A DNA stretch of 64,000 bases from Alphaproteobacteria bacterium (GTDB lineage: Bacteria; Pseudomonadota; Alphaproteobacteria; CAAHEQ01; UBA3637), in contig JAFPYW010000034.1 of assembly GCA_017394405.1 (NCBI GenBank), forward strand, positions 3,333 to 67,332. The letters run 5' to 3'. The notes beneath the pieces are model-generated. The model ran no database searches and was not told the DNA's origin. It saw only the letters and a program-made list of their open reading frames with translations. Position numbers and translations under genes: made by a program. The number at the start of each line of letters is the position of its first letter. Positions within the stretch are counted from its first letter, which is position 1. This document shows positions 26,326-35,887 of the stretch, piece after piece.

Positions 26326-26357
26326 GCCCATAGGAAATGACTCCTGTGGGCTTTTTT
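26326..26357 (+). terminator. Intrinsic terminator hairpin 2
   Basis: GCCCATAGG-aaatgact-CCTGTGGGC (9 bp, one G-U pair) followed by T6. Confidence 0.65.
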
Positions 26358-26377
26358 ATTAACTGAAAGGAAATAAA

Positions 26378-26833
26378 ATGACAGATAAAGCAAGATTATT
26401 ATTTGATGGAAGCTCATTAAAATGGGAAGAAGGTGGAGACGTTGTCAAAGAGTGGCCAGCTATGTCAGGCAAGGCAGATTTCCAAAGTAGCGAATATACA
26501 TGTGTGCCTGATGTTGGGCCAATTCCCGAAGGAAAATGGCATGTGAAACAAGAAAATCATCAATCTGCAGATTTTATTGATCATGCCTTAGGCTCTATTG
26601 GATTTGGCAAATGGCGAGGAGGATACTCTTCGTGGGGAGATGACCGAATTTGGTTAGAACCAGATAAAAAAACAAATACTCAAGGGCGCACAAATTTATC
26701 TATTCACGGCGGATCAGATCTTGGTTCCAAGGGGTGTATTGATTTGGCTGGCGGCATGAGCAACTTTGTGAGCTATTTTGATTCTCATGGAGAGGATATG
26801 GACTTAATTGTTGAATACCCGGATTGGTTTTGA
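26378..26833 (+). CDS. DUF2778/Tlde1-like protein (L,D-transpeptidase-fold peptidoglycan-targeting toxin family)
   Basis: 151 aa with no signal peptide. Contains VPDVGPIPEGKWHV ... RIWLEPDKKTNTQGRTNLSIHGGSDLGSKGCIDL. The His..(S/T)xGC(I/V) catalytic arrangement (H110, C120) resembles YkuD/Tlde1 as I remember it. Confidence 0.65.
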   Translation: MTDKARLLFDGSSLKWEEGGDVVKEWPAMSGKADFQSSEYTCVPDVGPIPEGKWHVKQENHQSADFIDHALGSIGFGKWRGGYSSWGDDRIWLEPDKKTNTQGRTNLSIHGGSDLGSKGCIDLAGGMSNFVSYFDSHGEDMDLIVEYPDWF

Positions 26834-26884
26834 CATTGACATTTAAATAAATATGAAACAAAATTGGGTTCAAGGGGTATCTTG

Positions 26885-27226
26885 ATGAGTAAAAAGGATA
26901 TATTTAAAAAGTTTGTTATTACTATTTTTATATCAATTGTTTGTTTGTTTATATTGTTATATACAACAGATGCAATAAATATGATTTTTGTTCACCCCTT
27001 TGAGTATTGGGGGAGTGAGCCCTTTAGTGATTGTTGGTATTATAAATCTGCAACACATTATGGCCTACGTGCTGTATTAGATGTGATCATCTGTTTGATT
27101 TGCTTGTATTGTGTTTTGAAATACCACAGAAAGCACTTTGGAAGAATTGCTATTTTAATATTATGTTATCTATTGTGGACTTTTAAATATCCGATAAAAA
27201 TCTGGATCAAGCATTTATTCTTTTGA
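26885..27226 (+). CDS. Small polytopic membrane protein (candidate cognate immunity protein)
   Basis: 113 aa from the ATG at 26885 (AAGGGG upstream). Three hydrophobic spans: FVITIFISIVCLFILLY, LRAVLDVIICLICLYCVL and IAILILCYLLWTF. Very AT-rich by eye. Confidence 0.6.
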   Translation: MSKKDIFKKFVITIFISIVCLFILLYTTDAINMIFVHPFEYWGSEPFSDCWYYKSATHYGLRAVLDVIICLICLYCVLKYHRKHFGRIAILILCYLLWTFKYPIKIWIKHLFF

Positions 27227-27229
27227 TAA

Positions 27230-29329
<2,100 letters not shown>

Positions 29330-29360
29330 CGATATTCTAAACAAAAAAGAGGGGAAATTT

Positions 29361-32012
29361 ATGGATCCAGAACAAAATACAGCCAGACCGCCGATGTCTA
29401 ATGCGCCTACTGAGCCGCATGCCGGACCCGCACCTGCGCCGTCCGTTGGACAGGATTCTGATTTATACACACAGATCGCTGGCCAGGATACTGATCCTCA
29501 GGTGGTTAAAAAGAAAAAGCCCTCTTTATTGATGTCTGCGGTTATCGCGTTTATGCGAATGACGCTGTATTTTGATTCTTTGCGTCGCGCCCATGAACAG
29601 GCGTTTCATTTTTTGGGATTGGTGTGGGCCTTTTTCATGGGGGTGCTATATTTAAGTGGTATTTTGGTGTTATTGGCCGCGGTTTATAATCGTCTGCAAA
29701 TGCCGATTTTGTTGGAAGATCAATTGCGTGTTCGGAACATTGAATTTGCTTCGGCAGATTATTCAATGGATCGGATTGTGGTGCATGAATTGAAGGATAA
29801 TAACGGAACCTATACGGTAGATACATTAGTGGTCTATTCCACCTTTACTGATATGTTGCAAAAACGAATTCGTTTAGTCGTATTGGATGGCCTGAACATC
29901 TTTTTTGATACAAAGTCTGATTTTAATCCTGTGCAGGATATACCGGCCATTTTGAATCAAATCCAAAATCCGGCCCGTGGTCGTGTTGATTTGAAAGTAA
30001 ATGCAATCACGGTGAATAACGGAAAATTGAATTTTAAGAACCGCCAAATTGAAGTACCTATTTCATTTTCTATGGTTGGCAGTTATGGGCGGCGGACACG
30101 AATCGTGATGCCATTGTCTGTCAATCAGCCATCCTTCCAAGCCGAAAGTACTTTATCTTTGGATCATACAGGAAATCAACAGCCAGAATGGAATCTTTCC
30201 ATTTCTAAGGGTATGATTACTTTGCCACGTAGTTCGCCAGAAAACATCAATGGGGAATTCAAAATTGCTTTGAATAAAACGGCTTTTGATCATTTGAATG
30301 CAGATTTCAAATTGGGTTATGGGACAATTGAAAAGCATATTACGGCCACATTCCAAGCAACACAGAACAAAGATATGACAGCTAATGTGTTGTGGCAAAA
30401 AAATAATTTAACCGAACCAGATCAATATAGTTCTTTGACCTTTTCTGTTTCTCATTTAACAATGGATCAGATGGGGCAAATTCACGGATCCGGGCGAATG
30501 GTGATAGATTCTAAAAAATTTGTGACGCCGAATGTTTCGTTGGATAATCTGCATACGTCTTTTATGGGAGATTTTCAATGTTCTAACTGGACAAGATGTT
30601 CGTTGGAACTTTTGGAAAAAGCTCCAGTTTCCATTCAAAACTTGTGGTTCCAATATCAACGGCACGGCGTTCGTTCAACTGATGCCGTCGCCTTTACGAT
30701 ATTGCCACATGCCGATGTGTTGGTATTAAAAGATGATGATCCATACTTGAAGTTTTATTTTGATATTGTTGATTTTGATATGGATGCAACATTGTCTGTC
30801 ACTGGGGAAAAATTATTGACATCCGTGCCAAAGATGGTGCTGATCGGCGGTATTGCAGATGCTTCATCAGATGCTTCGCAATTGTCACTCAGTATGGAAA
30901 ACTTTAATTATCAAACATCCAACATTTTGATAGAAAAGGGTATTTTGAAGGCAGAGAATTTATTGCAGCCAACCAGTTTAATCAAAATGCATGCCGACAA
31001 AACGAATGTCAGCAACACCCCATTGTTATCGCAAGATTTCAGTCTAGATATGAATATGGTGGGGTCGCAAACTCGTGCACAACTGAAATTTTTGGAAACA
31101 CCTATTGTTGTGCAATTGGAGGGTAATTTATCATTGGCTCAACGAGCCTTTGCGGGTCGTGTATTTGTTCCGCCGTTTGAGGTGGGCGATTTGCCACAAC
31201 CACTCAGTGCATATTGGCCAAATGTTCCGGCAAACCTGACGAATTTTACGGGCAGTTTAGCCCTGTCCGGCCAAGTGAATTGGGGGGGTGTTCATAGTAT
31301 TGTCGGTCCGCTTAGTATCGGGATGAAAGGGATGTCCTTTACAATCAACGATATAGATGTTGTCGGAATGAATACAGTTTTAACGGTGGAAAGTTTGGTT
31401 CCATTCATAACAGCGCCCTCACAACACGTTTTTGTGCAATCTATTGAAAGTTTGATTCCGTTCCAAAATTTGGACGTGAATTTCCAAGTAGATAGTCAAG
31501 GATTGAGATTAAATCAATTTACAACATTAGGGGCAGGAATTCCGTTGTCTTTACCAGCTTCAGTCATTTCTTCAAAAAGCGCTAATTTGTTGATGTATCT
31601 GAAAAACGATGCCCCCATTACACATAAGGAATTCCAAAATGTTGTTCATTTGAAAGATATTGATGTGACGGCCGGGACTGCCAACGTGTCAATTCCTGTT
31701 GAATTGCAAAATAATAACTTGGAAATTTCGAATGTGACATTGAAAATTTCCAATGCCTTGTTAAAATTCATCGGAGATACTTATAGTTCTGTTATTGGCA
31801 ATGACACAAATTATTATGTGCGCAGCGGCCAGATCATTATGGATAAAAATCGTGTCTTACAATTGGTGTTAAATGGCCGGACCTTGCCAAGTAAGAATGC
31901 AAAAGATATTCAATTAAACGAAGTGCATTTGCCAGACAATGTCTTTGTGTTGGCTCATCCACAACCAGTGCCATCTGATATTGAAAAACGGCTTGGGCTG
32001 CTGTTCAAGTGA
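29361..32012 (+). CDS. Large membrane-anchored envelope protein (883 aa), possibly AsmA/YdbH-like
   Basis: The start is the ATG at 29361 (GAGGGG upstream). The ORF-track start at 29145 overlaps ligA out of frame. Has a Pro-rich N-terminus, two TM spans (SLLMSAVIAFMRMTLYF and LGLVWAFFMGVLYLSGILVLLAAVY), then ~750 aa of beta-rich sequence. The family call rests only on size and topology. Confidence 0.7.
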   Translation: MDPEQNTARPPMSNAPTEPHAGPAPAPSVGQDSDLYTQIAGQDTDPQVVKKKKPSLLMSAVIAFMRMTLYFDSLRRAHEQAFHFLGLVWAFFMGVLYLSGILVLLAAVYNRLQMPILLEDQLRVRNIEFASADYSMDRIVVHELKDNNGTYTVDTLVVYSTFTDMLQKRIRLVVLDGLNIFFDTKSDFNPVQDIPAILNQIQNPARGRVDLKVNAITVNNGKLNFKNRQIEVPISFSMVGSYGRRTRIVMPLSVNQPSFQAESTLSLDHTGNQQPEWNLSISKGMITLPRSSPENINGEFKIALNKTAFDHLNADFKLGYGTIEKHITATFQATQNKDMTANVLWQKNNLTEPDQYSSLTFSVSHLTMDQMGQIHGSGRMVIDSKKFVTPNVSLDNLHTSFMGDFQCSNWTRCSLELLEKAPVSIQNLWFQYQRHGVRSTDAVAFTILPHADVLVLKDDDPYLKFYFDIVDFDMDATLSVTGEKLLTSVPKMVLIGGIADASSDASQLSLSMENFNYQTSNILIEKGILKAENLLQPTSLIKMHADKTNVSNTPLLSQDFSLDMNMVGSQTRAQLKFLETPIVVQLEGNLSLAQRAFAGRVFVPPFEVGDLPQPLSAYWPNVPANLTNFTGSLALSGQVNWGGVHSIVGPLSIGMKGMSFTINDIDVVGMNTVLTVESLVPFITAPSQHVFVQSIESLIPFQNLDVNFQVDSQGLRLNQFTTLGAGIPLSLPASVISSKSANLLMYLKNDAPITHKEFQNVVHLKDIDVTAGTANVSIPVELQNNNLEISNVTLKISNALLKFIGDTYSSVIGNDTNYYVRSGQIIMDKNRVLQLVLNGRTLPSKNAKDIQLNEVHLPDNVFVLAHPQPVPSDIEKRLGLLFK

Positions 32013-32040
32013 TAAAAACTGGCTAAATTATAAAAAAGAC

Positions 32041-32069
32041 TTGCAAAAAAAATAAAAATCGTGTATAAA
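32041..32069 (+). promoter_or_regulatory. Sigma70-type promoter upstream of rpmF
   Basis: TTGCAA (32041-32046), 17-nt spacer, TATAAA (32064-32069). Confidence 0.4.
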
Positions 32070-32114
32070 TAATGTCATTAAATCTGGTTTAACAATTTAA
32101 GAAGAGAGTCTAAA

Positions 32115-32297
32115 ATGGCAACACCAAAAAAGAAAACATCTAAATCTAAACGCAATATGCGTCGTTCTCATGACGCTTTGGCTGCGGGTTCTTACACAGA
32201 ATGCCCAAAATGTGGTGAATTGGTTCGTCCGCACCATGTTTGCACCGCTTGCGGTACATATAATAAAAAAGAAGTATTGGTTAAAAAAGCCAAATAA
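32115..32297 (+). CDS. rpmF: 50S ribosomal protein L32
   Basis: [22 protein letters not shown]...[20 protein letters not shown] is the typical L32 sequence with a zinc ribbon. Confidence 0.92.
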   Translation: MATPKKKTSKSKRNMRRSHDALAAGSYTECPKCGELVRPHHVCTACGTYNKKEVLVKKAK

Positions 32298-32323
32298 TTA
32301 TTCCTAACCATAGGGGGTAATAA

Positions 32324-33370
32324 ATGGATAAACAAATCGTTATTTCCATTGATGCCATGGGGGGTGATTTTGCACCACGTTCCGTTTTGGAAGGGGTTGC
32401 AATCGCCGCGAAAAAGCATAAAGATCTCTTTTTCTTTTTGTTTGGAAATGAGGAAGTTTTAACCCCTATTATTAAGGAAGTTGGATTGCCTGAAACACGT
32501 TATAAAATCCATCACACAACACATGTGATTAAAGGAACAGACAAGCCATCTCATGCCATTCGGACAGGTCGTGAGTCCAGTATGTGGCAGGCCATTATGG
32601 CTGTGCGCAACGGATATGCAAAGGCCGTTGTGTCCGCCGGTAATACAGGGGCATTGATGGCCATGAGTAAGATTTGTTTGGGAATGATTCCGGGTATAGA
32701 TCGCCCGGCCATTGCCGCGATTTTGCCATCTGAAACAGGTCCGATTACGTGTTTGGATTTGGGTGCTAACACAGAATGTGATGCACAAAACTTAGTGGAA
32801 TTCGCCATTATGGGTGATGTGTTACATAAGGTTTTGTTTGGTGATGAACACCCGAAGGTTGGTTTGTTGAATATCGGATCCGAAGAAACCAAAGGGCGTG
32901 AGGAGATTCGTGATGCCGCCACTCAATTAAAAGAATATGGCGAACATTTGAATTTTGTTGGCTTTGTTGAAGGAAATGATATTGCCGCCGGTAAGGCGCA
33001 AGTGTATGTGTCGGATGGTTTTTCCGGCAACATTGCCTTAAAAACATTGGAAGGTACAGCCAAGTTTTTCGCTCACACTCTGAAAAAGGGTATGAAAAGA
33101 TCACCATTTGGTATTTTAGGCTTTTTAATTGCTGCTCCGGCATTGAAAAAATTAAAGAAGAAATTGGATCCGCGTCAATATAATGGGGCCATGTTGGTTG
33201 GTTTGAATGGTATTTCCGTAAAAAGTCATGGTGGTGCTGATGCCTTTTCGTTCGCTTGTGCTATTGATTCCGCCGCTCGTATGGCCAAAAATGATTTGTG
33301 CGAAAAGATAAAGACGGAAATGACGGCGTTTATGAATCTTTCCGGCTTGAATGATACCGCTGCACCTTAA
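32324..33370 (+). CDS. plsX: Phosphate acyltransferase PlsX
   Basis: 348 aa. ISIDAMGGDFAP...VSAGNTGALMA...SHGGADA are PlsX signatures. Sits in the rpmF-plsX order. Confidence 0.92.
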   Translation: MDKQIVISIDAMGGDFAPRSVLEGVAIAAKKHKDLFFFLFGNEEVLTPIIKEVGLPETRYKIHHTTHVIKGTDKPSHAIRTGRESSMWQAIMAVRNGYAKAVVSAGNTGALMAMSKICLGMIPGIDRPAIAAILPSETGPITCLDLGANTECDAQNLVEFAIMGDVLHKVLFGDEHPKVGLLNIGSEETKGREEIRDAATQLKEYGEHLNFVGFVEGNDIAAGKAQVYVSDGFSGNIALKTLEGTAKFFAHTLKKGMKRSPFGILGFLIAAPALKKLKKKLDPRQYNGAMLVGLNGISVKSHGGADAFSFACAIDSAARMAKNDLCEKIKTEMTAFMNLSGLNDTAAP

Positions 33371-33451
33371 AAAAATGTGAAAAAATTCAATAAAATACTT
33401 GCAAATTTTTTGTAAGTGTGGCAAGATGTATGTATTCAAAGAGAGGTTACT

Positions 33452-33739
33452 ATGACACAAAAAACAATAACACGTGCAGATATCGCGGAATCTTTGTATC
33501 AGGAATTGGGTTTTTCCCATGCTGATGCATTTAAGTTGATTGATAAGACATTGACTTATATTATTGAGGCATTTGAGCGTGGTGAGGAAGTCAAATTGGC
33601 TCACTTTGCCTCGTTTATTCCGCACAAGAAATCCGAGCGTATGGGACGTAACCCCAAAACGGGACAATCTCATGTGATTACACCTCGTACTGTGTTGTCT
33701 TTTAAGCCATCTCATTCTTTCAAAAGTAAAATAAAATAA
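33452..33739 (+). CDS. ihfA: Integration host factor subunit alpha
   Basis: [20 protein letters not shown]...[23 protein letters not shown] is the HU/IHF fold with the beta-arm GRNPKTG. The start is placed at 33452 (GAGAGG upstream). Confidence 0.85.
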   Translation: MTQKTITRADIAESLYQELGFSHADAFKLIDKTLTYIIEAFERGEEVKLAHFASFIPHKKSERMGRNPKTGQSHVITPRTVLSFKPSHSFKSKIK

Positions 33740-33750
33740 AAAGGGGACGT

Positions 33751-34095
33751 ATGAAATCTGAACACGCTTATCGCACAATTACAGAAGTCGCTGAGTTGTT
33801 GCAGATTCAACCCTCTGTTTTGCGATTTTGGGAAACACAATTTTCACAAATTAAACCAACAAAACGGATGGGGCGCCGGTATTATCAATCAGACGATATT
33901 GTATTGTTGGCGAAAATCCGCGATTATTTGTACAAAGATTTTTTGACCATTAAAGGCGTGCAAAAAAAATTGAGATCCGAATTGGACGAACCAGAGCCAA
34001 TGATTACCTCCAGTGCGGTGTCACAGGATGCGGGTATCCGTACGTTTGTTCAAGAAATTAGTGATATTAAACAAGAACTAGCACAATATTTGTAA
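33751..34095 (+). CDS. MerR-family transcriptional regulator
   Basis: [39 protein letters not shown] is a MerR-type HTH. ihfA-merR adjacency is conserved in alphaproteobacteria. Confidence 0.8.
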   Translation: MKSEHAYRTITEVAELLQIQPSVLRFWETQFSQIKPTKRMGRRYYQSDDIVLLAKIRDYLYKDFLTIKGVQKKLRSELDEPEPMITSSAVSQDAGIRTFVQEISDIKQELAQYL

Positions 34096-34105
34096 GATAA
34101 ACAAA

Positions 34106-34140
34106 ATAAAAAAACAGGAAGAAGACTTCCTGTTTTTTTG
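34106..34140. terminator. Bidirectional intrinsic terminator
   Basis: A7-ACAGGAAG-aaga-CTTCCTGT-T7 between the convergent merR-like gene and the H1-like gene. Confidence 0.75.
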
Positions 34141-34157
34141 TTTTCAAAGCATCTCGC

Positions 34158-34847
34158 TTATTTTTTCTTGGCCTTTTTGGCTGCCTTTTTAACTGGCGCT
34201 TTCTTCGCTGCCTTTTTAGCCGGCGCTTTCTTAGCGGGAACTTTCTTCACCGCTTTTTTAGCTGGGGCTTTTTTAGCCGGTGCTTTCTTCGCGGGAGCTT
34301 TTTTCACCGCTTTTTTGGCTGGAGCTTTTTTGGCAGGAGCCTTTTTAGCAGCTTTTTTAGCTGGTGCTTTTTTGGCTGGCGCCTTTTTAACAGGGGCCTT
34401 CTTGGCTGGTGCTTTTTTAGCAGGAACTTTTTTCACCACTTTCTTGGCAGGAGCCTTTTTAGCTGGAGCTTTCTTAGCGGGAGTTTTTTTCGCTGCTTTC
34501 TTAGCCGGAGCCTTTTTGGCCGGTGCTTTTTTGGCTAATTGCTTTGCTGCTTTTTTAACGAGAACTTTCTTCACAGGCGCCTTCGGGGCCGCTGCGGCCT
34601 TCACAACCACTTTGGCTTTTGGCTTTGTTGCCTTGGCCTTTGGTTTGGCTTGGACTTTTGGTTTGGAAACAGCTTTGACAACAGTTTTCACCGCTTTTTT
34701 AGCAACCTTCTTTGGTGCTTTTACAGCAAATAACTGCTCACAGGCCTTGATCCAACATTCCTTGTCCTTGCCTTCAGGACGACCCGCTTGTTCCCAGATA
34801 TAATAGGCAGCAACGCGGATGTTTTCTTCATTGATTTCGTGTGTCAT
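34158..34847 (-). CDS. DUF2934 domain protein with histone-H1-like Lys/Ala/Pro repeat tail
   Basis: The N-terminus [32 protein letters not shown] matches the DUF2934 pattern. It is followed by ~125 aa of [10 protein letters not shown] repeats. The plus-strand ORF 34138-34803 (FLAGAF repeats) is its antisense shadow. Confidence 0.8.
   Translation of the reverse strand: MTHEINEENIRVAAYYIWEQAGRPEGKDKECWIKACEQLFAVKAPKKVAKKAVKTVVKAVSKPKVQAKPKAKATKPKAKVVVKAAAAPKAPVKKVLVKKAAKQLAKKAPAKKAPAKKAAKKTPAKKAPAKKAPAKKVVKKVPAKKAPAKKAPVKKAPAKKAPAKKAAKKAPAKKAPAKKAVKKAPAKKAPAKKAPAKKAVKKVPAKKAPAKKAAKKAPVKKAAKKAKKK
34161..34541 (-). repeat. Coding tandem repeat ([10 protein letters not shown] units; 15-nt-based periodicity)
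   Basis: Visible reiteration of gctggNgcttttttNgc units on the plus strand, which translate to (A/V)[12 protein letters not shown] on the minus strand. Confidence 0.8.
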
Positions 34848-34933
34848 TGTAATACTCCTTTTCCCTCAACGATTTGAATATAATTGAAAAAAAATTATTT
34901 TGCAACACTTTTTTTATAAAAAAAATATGTTTT

Positions 34934-35743
34934 TTATTTTTTATTCATATTTTCCTGTAAAAACGGCAATAATTGATCCATTGGTAATCCTCTGGAAAAC
35001 CAATAACCTTGGGCATAATCGCACCCATTGTCGCGCAACCATTCTTGCTGTTCTGTTGTTTCCACACCTTCGGCCAACACCGGGAATCCCAAGTCATGGC
35101 CCAGTTTAATAATGGAAGACACAATAGATTTATTCTTTTCATCTTCCATTAAAGTGCGAATAAAGGATAAATCAATTTTTAATTTCCGGATGTTCAAACG
35201 TTTCAAACGCTCAAACGAAGAATAACCCGTTCCAAAATCATCAATAGAAACAGGAATATTCAACTCAGCCAATTTATCCAATACACCATTAGACAATATC
35301 TCATCTGTCAATTCCTGAGATTCTGTCAATTCACATTCCAAATATTTAGAATCCAAATTATTTGCTTGTAATTCTTTTTGAATTGTGGAAATTAAATCTT
35401 TTTCCTGTAATTGGCAGATAGACAAATTGACTGCCAAAAACAAATCCGGTGCGACGGTATGTACTTTGACCAAATCCGGCACTGTATGATTAAATAAATA
35501 AGTTGTAAATTCGTGAATTAAACCGGTTTTTTCCAATAACGGAATAAATTCCATTGGCGGTACATAGCCACGTTTTGGACTTTCCCAACGTACCAACGCT
35601 TCAACCCCGCGAGTCTTATTTGTTTTTAAGTCCCATTCCGGTTGATAATAGAAAACGAATTCCCCATGTTTTAAGGCGTCTTGCAACTCTTTTTCCGTGA
35701 TGGGCTTCGGGTGATGCCGTAAAATTTTTTCAAAAAATGACAT
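34934..35743 (-). CDS. Stand-alone EAL-domain protein (c-di-GMP phosphodiesterase)
   Basis: 269 aa with EALVRW, NLS, ELTE, DDFGTGYSS, KIDLSFI, EGVET and QGYWF motifs all present. Confidence 0.85.
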   Translation of the reverse strand: MSFFEKILRHHPKPITEKELQDALKHGEFVFYYQPEWDLKTNKTRGVEALVRWESPKRGYVPPMEFIPLLEKTGLIHEFTTYLFNHTVPDLVKVHTVAPDLFLAVNLSICQLQEKDLISTIQKELQANNLDSKYLECELTESQELTDEILSNGVLDKLAELNIPVSIDDFGTGYSSFERLKRLNIRKLKIDLSFIRTLMEDEKNKSIVSSIIKLGHDLGFPVLAEGVETTEQQEWLRDNGCDYAQGYWFSRGLPMDQLLPFLQENMNKK

Positions 35744-35887
35744 ATATCCTCCTTTTCTTTTTCTTACACTTTAACCAATTTTTTTACAAAAAGCACGCTT
35801 TTTTTGAAAAAAATATACACTTTTTTCATTTTTTTGATTATAATTTGGACATTCATAGTGAGAAGAGGAAAGGATTAAATACGAAAA

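Noticed and set aside
26864-26884. Upstream TTG-type start for the small membrane protein (ORF track 26864)
   Set aside because: The ATG at 26885, preceded by AAGGGG, is a better start. The 7 extra codons add nothing hydrophobic or conserved-looking.
33152-33778. 208-aa minus-strand ORF spanning the plsX end, ihfA and the merR start
   Set aside because: It overlaps three well-supported plus-strand genes and has no motifs.
34138-34803. 221-aa plus-strand ORF made of [14 protein letters not shown] repeats
   Set aside because: It is the antisense shadow of the minus-strand Lys/Ala/Pro repeat gene (34158-34847). That gene has a recognisable DUF2934 head, a proper start context and a terminator. 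The plus-strand frame has none of these.
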